Positions 9,101 to 16,273 of a stretch of 18,186 bases of DNA are shown piece by piece. The position numbers and the translations under genes are program-made. The notes beneath the pieces were generated by a model. That model searched no databases, had not been told where the DNA came from, and saw nothing but the letters and a program-made list of their open reading frames with translations. Position 1 is the first letter of the stretch. Every line of letters starts with the position of its first letter. This stretch comes from Thermoproteota archaeon (GTDB lineage: Archaea > Asgardarchaeota > Jordiarchaeia > Jordiarchaeales > Freyrarchaeaceae): contig JAPDJY010000083.1 in the NCBI GenBank assembly GCA_029258835.1, positions 1-18,186 of the forward strand. The letters are read 5' to 3'.

Positions 9101-9558
9101 GCTTGGATGGTTTTCTCTTTGAGGGGGGCTCGCCCTCCGGGGAGGGTCGGGTTTACACCCCTATCTCCGACGCCGCCGCCCTCTGCGACCTTGTTAAGTC
9201 TGGTACGGTGAGTTCGAGGGCTTTCCACGACGTCCACCAGTTCTACGTGGTTCAGCGTGAGGGTAAAGGCGAGTTCTACGGTGTGCGTGTTGAAGAGGGG
9301 GACGTCGGGGAGGCGGGTGAGCTTTTGAAGGTTGTTCTCCGCTCGGCGCTTAGGCACAAGGTTGAGGGGGAGGAAGAGGGTAAGAGAGAGGTCGTCGAGG
9401 CGCTTATGGGGGCTGTGGAGGGGATGATGGAGAGAGCCTATGCCACGGAGGACGAGAAGGGGAGGAAGAGGAGGGTGAGCCTGCTCGAGGTTGTCCCGCT
9501 CTCCCTGATACTTTCAAGGTGCTTGGAGAATGCAGTTTTGAGCGATGGGGGGTGGTGA
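6139..9558 (+). CDS. cas10: Type III-B Cas10 (Cmr2) large subunit with HD motif and intact GGDD palm
   Basis: LHDPLDK, PEDTRVP, DIGGVQEFISVSRKTADFWASSYVFS, zinc finger CSLCG...LCAPCLLKR, MDGDDVG and VYSGGDDVLA. Likely start is ATG 6139 after GGAGGG (the ORF track starts at TTG 6112). Confidence 0.97.
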   Translation: MGYWEGKLAGFLHDPLDKVLRKDHAEDAGKIASDLLKGANVSEDVISEVRCHHEEGRLLRVPDMAASAANRTLVPSKGGDLVLQNPFSGVLIRPVLPAPFSVGGLPSFGSVAGGMGGREALLSVARCLVPLYHGFHLGCGRGEVARCVLLLPEDTRVPSSPMFSHLQMVSALAGMGGVEELGFHLVYVDIGGVQEFISVSRKTADFWASSYVFSLLSLSGIRALVDWLGPQQLILPWWLYSPLIESCVFGVEKDWEELVAPTVPNSALLIIRGSPEGGVDEEAIKRKLYEAMVDFWNGVCERFLEEVKKYVGGGKAWGEVEKQVRRQMEFFSLFRKVRVAVLRYPGDVRGDGQLKEAYERLREEGGFEELAELKAALSRAGLGYESFKLEDFEAVNGALGAVMSSEKGRELFASEVVPGGAEKCSLCGVRDFLKLEGAWKKLEEGLVVDADERLCAPCLLKRLFREIWPDVLRSLGVKPRGETLKYPVPSLGDVATAWFRASLLALMLASLEMGDDEKRAVSEAVGKFSDYLEIARKIANEYKVSQESIRLVLKDKELLVYNRLIHSLYMELSGVLGRRKNDRAKNDSIGKFARNIVYTSSVLVMFDELVSSLSRELGDAGEARRILREGKVDDAYEKAVEALRRLRGNGELVRRASEKLFEHVCRILGLSEGEATRRLAEAVLKPVQRRLPLIKKGEKLPLPVSLTPQSRFALLRMDGDDVGGKWISGKLLPPWHVLIAPNNEEKVLDDRRKVEDGEGRVYGGVYARSRPVAPSTLSTLSMVITLNTGVVRSVVEAFGGFLVYSGGDDVLAILPAEVWHYVYLLLRFLYSREVMDSLDVGRGRVYVYGMGVRATASFSVVVAHYKAYLKRVIEDSYEMLERQSKGLEESGVTVKDGLSVVLMSRSAPIQRVYALPNMLVKSGGKLESLRLYDERRVSEARGRIMNGGKVVDWWMGEFGSLLSAVSGSKVESYVPGGGDFNFIGVAPSLDGFLFEGGSPSGEGRVYTPISDAAALCDLVKSGTVSSRAFHDVHQFYVVQREGKGEFYGVRVEEGDVGEAGELLKVVLRSALRHKVEGEEEGKREVVEALMGAVEGMMERAYATEDEKGRKRRVSLLEVVPLSLILSRCLENAVLSDGGW

Positions 9559-10718
9559 GGTTGAAGCTGCTGGAGGTTGTCATGTGGCCTTTGGGTGAGC
9601 TGTTCTTCAGGACTCCCATCCCATTCGTCCTTGGAGGATACGCTGAAACCCGTACAACCCCCCCGGAGTTCGGCGTGGCGGGGATGCTGCGCTCATCGAT
9701 AATGGACCTGCGGGACGCAGGCCTCCTAGACGTGGAGGACGAACTCCTCTCCAAGGTTCTCGACTTGGGAGGGGGGCATACGACCTACAACTTTTGCTGG
9801 AGGCTCGTTGGACCACACCTTTACAGGGACGGAGAAGTGTTCTACCCCATGCCAATGGACGTCTTCAAGAAGGAGGAAGGAGAGAGCGGCAAACAGGATC
9901 AATCACAGGGTGGGGGGCAGGAGGGAGGGAAGGTGACATTCATGCTTGGCGATTACCTGATTGAACAGTTGACCCCTATTCCTTCTGGTAGGGGGTTTGA
10001 GCTCAGGAGGCTTCTTGGCCCAGCTGTGCTTGACGGTGAGGAGGCTCGGGGGTGGCTTGCAAGTGCAAGCTTCATGAAACGCTACTTGGAGGGGGAGAGA
10101 GAGTTTAGGTGCGTGGAGGGGAGGGACGTGGTGAGGGAGCGGGATGTTGTTGAGAAGAGGATTTTTCCGAGGGTTAAGCTTGACAGGGAGAGGAAAACCG
10201 TCGAGATTAGGGATGGGGAGGGTATGTACTACTCCTTAGAGAAGCTCGTTTTGAGGGAGGGATGGGGGTTCATAGCTGGGGTTTGGCTTGACGAGTGTAG
10301 TGATGCGGCTGACGTCTTCCTAAAGCTTGACGGGTGTACGGTTAGGTTTGGGGGGAGGGGTGGAATGGTTAGGCTTGAGGTTAGGTGGGCTAAATCCCTC
10401 CTAGAGGGGGGTTTGAGCTGGGATGTGCCCGGTGAGGCCAGGCTTCTGCTAACCTCATCAGCCATACTTGGGGATGGAGGGTACACGTCCTTCCTGCCAT
10501 CCCTGAACGTTGAGGGGGGTGTTTGGCGCCAGGTTTGGATCGGGGGCTGGGACTACGCTGCTGGAAGGCCGAAGGCTATGTATGCTGGAGTCGCCCCCGG
10601 CTCCGTTTACTACTTGCGCGACGTCTCAGGCGGCGACGTCCTCGAGAGGAAGTTTGTCCATCCTGATTATCGAAGGGTTTTGGGTTCGTCTCTGATAGCT
10701 AAAGGATGGGGTGTTTGA
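9555..10718 (+). CDS. cmr3: Cmr3 (Cas5-group RAMP)
   Basis: PLGELFFRTPIPF, GPHLY, VRFGGRGG and GGWDYAAGRPKAMYAGVAPGSVYY. Overlaps the cas10 stop (GTGA). Confidence 0.93.
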   Translation: MRLKLLEVVMWPLGELFFRTPIPFVLGGYAETRTTPPEFGVAGMLRSSIMDLRDAGLLDVEDELLSKVLDLGGGHTTYNFCWRLVGPHLYRDGEVFYPMPMDVFKKEEGESGKQDQSQGGGQEGGKVTFMLGDYLIEQLTPIPSGRGFELRRLLGPAVLDGEEARGWLASASFMKRYLEGEREFRCVEGRDVVRERDVVEKRIFPRVKLDRERKTVEIRDGEGMYYSLEKLVLREGWGFIAGVWLDECSDAADVFLKLDGCTVRFGGRGGMVRLEVRWAKSLLEGGLSWDVPGEARLLLTSSAILGDGGYTSFLPSLNVEGGVWRQVWIGGWDYAAGRPKAMYAGVAPGSVYYLRDVSGGDVLERKFVHPDYRRVLGSSLIAKGWGV

Positions 10719-11636
10719 ATGAGTGGGAAGAAAGGGGTTATTCCCTCCGTGTACGAGGTCGCTGGCTTGATGTACTTCTGGTGTGAGAGCGAGTTTTTCC
10801 CTGGCGGCGAAAGGGAGGCTGGCCCGATAGACCTGACCGTTCAGAGGAACTCTAAGGGGATTCCATACGTGAGAGGTAGCAGCGTGAAGGGAGCGATCAG
10901 GTCGTTTTACGAGGTGTTGAAAGGGGAGGATGAGGCTAACGTGGTCTTTGGCTCCACGGACAAGGCTGGATGCGTCGTGATAGGGAACGCCGAGATACTT
11001 GCGTTTCCCGTGAAGGCTGACAGGGATCTCTTCCTGTACGTTACGTCTCCAAGCCAGATTTCAGCATACGCTAGGGAGGCGGACAGGGCGTTAGGGTTGA
11101 GCGTTGAGGAGAACTGGAACGTGAGCGGCGAGGAGGCTGCGTCGGCGAGCCTTGACGGTGAAGTTGAACTGATGGATGGACGCTACACGCTTAAACTGAG
11201 AAGGGAGGAGAAGGCTGAGAGGTTGGCTAAAAACCTGGTTGATACGGCGGTTCCTAAGGTGGATGGTGCTCCTGCCCCCGGCTACGGATACCTTAAGTCT
11301 AAGCTGGAGAAGCTGGTCGTCGTTGAGGACGGGGTTTTCAGGGAGCTTGTGAATAATGGCCTCGTCGTGGTTTTGAGGATAGCTCTAGAACGCTCCACCA
11401 AGACTGCGGCTGGAAAGGCCATGTTCTACCAGGAGCTGATTCCCGAGGGAACCCTCCTCTTCGCCCCCCTAATGAAGGCTATACGCCTCAGGAAGGGGGA
11501 GGAGGGTGAGGCAGGCATCGTGGACGGGTTTGTCGAGGAGCTGAAGAGAGGGTATCTGCTCAACCTTGGAGGGGACGAGACGACGGGGAAGGGTGTGGTC
11601 CGAGTGCTCCTATGCCAGAGGAGGGAGACGGGTTGA
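10719..11636 (+). CDS. cmr4: Cmr4 (Cas7-group RAMP backbone), copy a
   Basis: IDLTVQR..GIPYVRGSSVKGAIR, AEILAFPV, VTSP, FYQELIPEGTL and LGGDETTGKG. Confidence 0.93.
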   Translation: MSGKKGVIPSVYEVAGLMYFWCESEFFPGGEREAGPIDLTVQRNSKGIPYVRGSSVKGAIRSFYEVLKGEDEANVVFGSTDKAGCVVIGNAEILAFPVKADRDLFLYVTSPSQISAYAREADRALGLSVEENWNVSGEEAASASLDGEVELMDGRYTLKLRREEKAERLAKNLVDTAVPKVDGAPAPGYGYLKSKLEKLVVVEDGVFRELVNNGLVVVLRIALERSTKTAAGKAMFYQELIPEGTLLFAPLMKAIRLRKGEEGEAGIVDGFVEELKRGYLLNLGGDETTGKGVVRVLLCQRRETG

Positions 11637-12040
11637 GTGAGGTTAAGGCAGCCCTAGAGTTCGCAAAGTCCTTCGGCCTTAAGGGGGATGAGGCAGACTC
11701 CGTCTCGAAGATAGCTAAGAGAATGTTCTCGATGACGATTGCCGGGGGGGCGATCTCAAGCCTCCTCTTCGCCTACAAGAAGGCTAAAAACAGCAACGTT
11801 AAGCGCCTCCTCGAAAAATACGGCAGCGATGTTTACAGCAGCATCAAGGAAGAGGAGGAGAGGAGGTGGGGGGCTGTAACCGCCTTCATCCTGAAGGAGG
11901 CTATTCCAGACGTGAGCGGGGATGGCGAACTTATAGGGTTAATGGAGAAGCTTCACGACAGAAATATCAGGGGGAAGGTTGAGAGGCGCATCCTACGCTA
12001 CCTGAACGCGCTGAGCAGGGTTTTAGACGCGCTGGCATGA
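11633..12040 (+). CDS. cmr5: Cmr5 (Cas11 small subunit), divergent
   Basis: About 135-aa helical protein following cmr4. SKIAKRMFSMTIAGGAISSLLFAYKK resembles the Cmr5 LP.MI..NGL...LAF..SK segment. TTG start overlaps the cmr4 stop. Confidence 0.75.
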   Translation: MSEVKAALEFAKSFGLKGDEADSVSKIAKRMFSMTIAGGAISSLLFAYKKAKNSNVKRLLEKYGSDVYSSIKEEEERRWGAVTAFILKEAIPDVSGDGELIGLMEKLHDRNIRGKVERRILRYLNALSRVLDALA

Positions 12041-12041
12041 G

Positions 12042-13463
12042 GTGGAAGGGTTGAAGTGTCTTCCATTCACCTTCTTCGCGCTAACCAACGTCCACCCCGG
12101 AGCCCCGGGAGGAGGCATAGAGGTAGCCGACCTTCCAGTCTACAGGGACAGGTTCTCAACGGTCAAGATTAGGGGGGAGTCGCTGAAGGGAGCCTTCAGG
12201 TCAACGGTCAACAGGAACCTGAGAGAGCTTGAGGAGCCACTTTTCGGAGGCAGGGAGCATGCAGGAGTTTTCTCCATCCTCGACGCCGTCCTCGTGTTCG
12301 TGCCGGTAACAATTGCCGAGCACGGCTTAGTGTATCTCACCAGCCCCCACCTGCTCAACCACTTTGCAATGCACCTGGCATTGGGAAACGCCGAGCAGGC
12401 TGTGCACGTAAGCCGCATAGCCTCAAGCCTCTCCGGCATGCCTTCGGCGAAGGCTTTCTCAACCACGGAGGATGAGAAGCTGACCGTTCTCGGGGAGTTC
12501 ACGTTCACCAACACCTACGCCGACTGGCTGGAGCCGCTCAGCACGGCGCTCTTAGACGTTCAGCAGAGGGTGCTTGGCGGCGATCCACCAGTCCCCATAG
12601 AGCACCTGGTCGTGGTGAACGACGTGGTGGCGTCGCTGCTGCTCGAGAAAGCAATGTTTCTCAAGCCCGGAGTTAAGCTGAAAGGGTTTGGAGGGAGTGG
12701 TGACAGGTACCTTAAGAACGTGGAGCATGGACCGTGGTTTGAAGAGGAGATCCCCAAGTTCTCGGTTTTCTCGAGTGCTTTCATCGTATCGCAGAGAAGC
12801 GTTGAGGTAAGCGTGGAAAGGGACGAGGCGACGAGCTTCCTCAAGGAAAGCCTCACGAAGCTGAAGGAGGCAACAGTTACGATGGGAGGAAAGAAGGTTG
12901 AAGCCAGGATAGGCGGAGAAGCTCTTGAAAGAATACTTGAGGAGTACTTCTTTAACAGGCCCTTAATCGTCGGAGGGAGAGAGACCATGGCGAGAGGGGT
13001 GCTGAAGCCGGCCAAACTGAAGTTCAACGGAGGCTGGCCTGAAATAAGGGCTGAGGGGGAAAGCCACGTGGGGGATGTCGCCGTCAGGAGGGGGGACGAG
13101 CTCTTCATAGACCTGCTGCGCGAGCTGGATGATGACATCAGGGAAAAGGCAGATGAAATGAAAAGCAAGTTTTCAAGCCTTCCTGAGAGGATGCGCAGGC
13201 TCCCCCTCACCACGCTACACATGTTTTACACGAAGGTCAAGGCGGAGTCCTCTGGGAAGGGCTACGAAGAAGTCAGGAAAGCACTGGACAAGACCAGGGA
13301 GAAAGAGTACTTTAGCGAGGAGTGGCTGTGTGGAGGAGAGCTTGCCGAGACCGGACAGGAATACATGGAGAAGCTGCTTCAAGGATACAGGGGGGTGGTT
13401 GAAGCATTCACCAAGCTCAAGTATGTCGTTGAAAGCTACTCGAAGAAGGAGGGGGAAGAGTGA
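12042..13463 (+). CDS. cmr4: Second Cmr4 paralog fused to a C-terminal Cmr5-like helical domain (473 aa)
   Basis: Residues 1 to ~325 contain VHPG..ADLPVYRD..IRGESLKGAFR, ILDAVLVFVPV, LTSP, WFEEEIP and VGGRETMARG. The last ~120 aa (KSKFSSLPERMRRLPLTTLHMFYTK...AFTKLKYVVES) look like Cmr5. Confidence 0.85.
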   Translation: MEGLKCLPFTFFALTNVHPGAPGGGIEVADLPVYRDRFSTVKIRGESLKGAFRSTVNRNLRELEEPLFGGREHAGVFSILDAVLVFVPVTIAEHGLVYLTSPHLLNHFAMHLALGNAEQAVHVSRIASSLSGMPSAKAFSTTEDEKLTVLGEFTFTNTYADWLEPLSTALLDVQQRVLGGDPPVPIEHLVVVNDVVASLLLEKAMFLKPGVKLKGFGGSGDRYLKNVEHGPWFEEEIPKFSVFSSAFIVSQRSVEVSVERDEATSFLKESLTKLKEATVTMGGKKVEARIGGEALERILEEYFFNRPLIVGGRETMARGVLKPAKLKFNGGWPEIRAEGESHVGDVAVRRGDELFIDLLRELDDDIREKADEMKSKFSSLPERMRRLPLTTLHMFYTKVKAESSGKGYEEVRKALDKTREKEYFSEEWLCGGELAETGQEYMEKLLQGYRGVVEAFTKLKYVVESYSKKEGEE

Positions 13464-14296
13464 GCGAGAAAGGCAACATATACGAAAAGTATGTGAGAAA
13501 AGCAGCACTCCTCATGAAGAAAATAGACGTGGAGGAAAGGGGAAAGAGGAAATACAACAAGAACGACTACAAGAATGATCTTGCCGGGTGGCTGGTCGAG
13601 GAGGTAGGGAAACATGCGAGGGACATCTGTGAGCGGTGTGGCAGGTATTTGGACGTGTTGAAGGACGCGTACTTGAGCGTGGGGAAGGATGTTTTGGTCT
13701 GCGAGTTCACGTCAACCTCAAGGATTATAGCTGATGTTTCATCTCCCTTCGCCTGGCTGATAGACGAGGTGGGGCTTTCGTGGGATCCGCTGCTGGATGC
13801 GCCAACCATACCTGGGCTGAAAGGCACTGTGAGGGCTGCGGCCCAGTGGGACAACCCGAAATTGGTTGAGCCCCTCTTCGGGAAGGCGGAGAAAGAGGAG
13901 TCGTACTTCTCCCTTCTGACCTTCACCGAGGCGTACCCCGTCGACCTGCCCCGAGACGGGTCACTACTCGTGAGGGACGTGATAACGCCGATATACTCGC
14001 TGGAGAAGAATGCCGTGGAGGAGCATAAAGCGGAGCCCACACCCGTTCAGATGATAGCCCTGAACAAGGGGGTGAAGTTCAGGTTCCTCGTCGTGCTGAA
14101 CTCCGACTACGAGAAGCTACGTGAAAAAGCATGCAAGGCGCTTGATTCGAGCAACTATCCTGAAAACGTCGTGGAAAAACTGAAGGCGTATATTAAATCT
14201 GTGGGGGAGGAATCCGGAGTGGGGGCGAAGACCTCCTCCGGGTACGGCTACTACACGCTAAACAACTTAACCTTGGAAAGGGGAGTGAGAAGATGA
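13460..14296 (+). CDS. cmr6: Cmr6 (Cas7-group RAMP)
   Basis: EVGLSWDPLLDAPTIPGLKG, FTEAYP, DVITPIY, PTPVQMIAL and GVGAKTSSGYG. Confidence 0.92.
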   Translation: MSEKGNIYEKYVRKAALLMKKIDVEERGKRKYNKNDYKNDLAGWLVEEVGKHARDICERCGRYLDVLKDAYLSVGKDVLVCEFTSTSRIIADVSSPFAWLIDEVGLSWDPLLDAPTIPGLKGTVRAAAQWDNPKLVEPLFGKAEKEESYFSLLTFTEAYPVDLPRDGSLLVRDVITPIYSLEKNAVEEHKAEPTPVQMIALNKGVKFRFLVVLNSDYEKLREKACKALDSSNYPENVVEKLKAYIKSVGEESGVGAKTSSGYGYYTLNNLTLERGVRR

Positions 14297-15717
14297 GAAA
14301 GGTAGCCGAAATAGGAATAGAGAGTTTAACTCCGTCGGCTATAGGAGGATACGACCCGAACAAGCACGACGACATACTGAGGGGGACGTCGATAAGGGGG
14401 CTAGCAGCATGGTGGCTGAGAGCAATAGTAAGCGGGAAAGCATATGATAGAGGAGACCCGCAACATAAGGAGAAAGCAAAAAAAGCACAGGAAATGATAC
14501 TAGGTTCAACCGAGAGTAGTTCGCTACTAACTATTAAGGTTAACATTGGAGAAGAGGGTATACGTTCATTAAATGAAAACGATAAACAAGGTTTGGTAAG
14601 AGTGGAGCAACGGAGAGGAAGAAAGCCAGAATTTAGAGTTACAGGTACTGATAATATTCGGTTAAGTCTCTTGCTAATGGGGAAGAAAGCTGAAAGCGAG
14701 AGGAAGTTGCGTGGTAAGTTAAGCCTCTTATTAGGCGAGTTATTTAAAATTTTTAGCGCTACGATATTAGTTTATTCTTCAAGCAAGAAAGTACTCTTGG
14801 AAGAGGCCTTAGGCTTGCATGCTCTAGTGCTCGCCTTACTCCTCGAAGGAATAGGTAAGGGTTCACGTAGGGGATTAGGAGCGTTAAAGATAACAGGAAT
14901 AAAACTTTCGGGGGACATGGAAGCGTTTCTCTCAAAGAACGGTTATAGGGGTTTGCTGGGGCTAACTTCAGGAGTTAAAGGGCATGAAAGCGTCGAAGAA
15001 GTAATCGAGGATGCCTTAAAAATAGCAGAAAAACTAATTGAAAAAATGGAGCAAGCTGAGGAGAAGAGCTATAAAGCACTTGAAAAACCACCTGAAATAC
15101 CTTCCCTAAGTAGGAATGCGGTGGAGATATATGTCAAGAGATTACATCCCAGTTCGAACTATAAAGAACGCCTAGCTAACATAAACACCATCCTAGAGGA
15201 TCTTTTCTTAAGAAGAGCAGGAAAAAACAAACTTGTTGCTTGTCTTCAAGAAGTAAGTGGAAACGATGCAAAAGCTCTCGGCTCCTACATCTTGGGGCTA
15301 CCCAGAGCAGCTAAGTCACCACCAAGAAAGCATCACTACACGGTGCGCTTTAATCCTAATCCTGAAAAAGAAAAAACTAGAACTAGAAAGTGTTTTACAG
15401 ACGAAACAGATGTGCCATCTGATATTAGAGAACAATATAGCGGATTTGTAAAGCTTAAAGTTGAAGTTAAAAAAGATAAGGAAGGTAAGGAGAAAAAGGA
15501 GTACAATTATGAACATTATCGCAGGCCATCACCTCTTATCGTATCATTAATAGACGAGAGAACAATTGTTATGAGCTTTTTCAAGTCATCTGATTGGCCG
15601 GGTGAATTGCAATGGTTTACATCCCATCAGAAAGAAGTTACTGTACGAAGCATAACAGACGCATACAATATTGTCTCAAACTACCTGCAACGTAATTTCA
15701 TTAAGGTGTGGCCTTAA
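14293..15717 (+). CDS. cmr1: Cmr1 (Cas7-group RAMP)
   Basis: LTP..IGG, LRGTSIRGLAAWWLRA, GIGKGSRRGLG, LGLPR and RRPSPL. Confidence 0.93.
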   Translation: MRKVAEIGIESLTPSAIGGYDPNKHDDILRGTSIRGLAAWWLRAIVSGKAYDRGDPQHKEKAKKAQEMILGSTESSSLLTIKVNIGEEGIRSLNENDKQGLVRVEQRRGRKPEFRVTGTDNIRLSLLLMGKKAESERKLRGKLSLLLGELFKIFSATILVYSSSKKVLLEEALGLHALVLALLLEGIGKGSRRGLGALKITGIKLSGDMEAFLSKNGYRGLLGLTSGVKGHESVEEVIEDALKIAEKLIEKMEQAEEKSYKALEKPPEIPSLSRNAVEIYVKRLHPSSNYKERLANINTILEDLFLRRAGKNKLVACLQEVSGNDAKALGSYILGLPRAAKSPPRKHHYTVRFNPNPEKEKTRTRKCFTDETDVPSDIREQYSGFVKLKVEVKKDKEGKEKKEYNYEHYRRPSPLIVSLIDERTIVMSFFKSSDWPGELQWFTSHQKEVTVRSITDAYNIVSNYLQRNFIKVWP

Positions 15718-15778
15718 ACAGCTGCTCGGGAGGCAGCCATCTTCTTGGGGCTCTTCATCCTCTGTTACGGGGGTGTCC

Positions 15779-16084
15779 ATGTTGGAAGTTGAGTTTCGAG
15801 TTAAGGAGTTTGAGAAACATACCCTTGTTCATTTTGAGTTGGATGGGGCTATTACACCCGATGTTTTGAGGGAGCTTGTACCGCCGAAGGTTAACCCAGC
15901 TAAAGGGGTTGTCCTCAGCGGTAGGGGCCCGGTTTGGCTGTACTGCTTTCTCACCCACGTATATCATCCCACCCGGTTCGTTGCAACATATGACCCAAGG
16001 ATAGGAGGTGTTGTGGTCGAGTCACATGACCCTGACTATAAGATAGGTGACGTAGTAAAGGTGGATGTTGAAGAGAGTGTTTAA
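15779..16084 (+). CDS. csx3: Csx3/Crn3 cA4 ring nuclease
   Basis: 101 aa from ATG 15779 (GGGGTG ribosome-binding site): KGVVLSGRGPVWLYCFLTHVYHPTRFVATYDPRIGGVVVESH. The His, His, Asp, Arg and His pattern typical of Csx3 is retained. Confidence 0.95.
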   Translation: MLEVEFRVKEFEKHTLVHFELDGAITPDVLRELVPPKVNPAKGVVLSGRGPVWLYCFLTHVYHPTRFVATYDPRIGGVVVESHDPDYKIGDVVKVDVEESV

Positions 16085-16227
16085 GAGTAAGCTGTTCTTC
16101 TATGGCATTAAATCGGGAACTGCAGGTGAAAGGAGGTTTCGGCGGTCAACCAATAACCAATAATTCCCTTCGCGAGCTGACTGTGGAATTGACTGCGTTG
16201 ATTTTCATTTGCTCCGGGACAGGGTTA

Positions 16228-16272
16228 CTATTTTTCGTTTTTTATTTTATTTTGCTTCTTTTTCTTTTTGGG
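16228..16272 (+). terminator. T-rich archaeal terminator region between the convergent csx3 and wHTH-CARF genes
   Basis: Multiple oligo-T tracts (TTTTTCGTTTTTTATTTTATTTTGCTTCTTTTTCTTTTT). Confidence 0.5.
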
Positions 16273-16273
16273 T

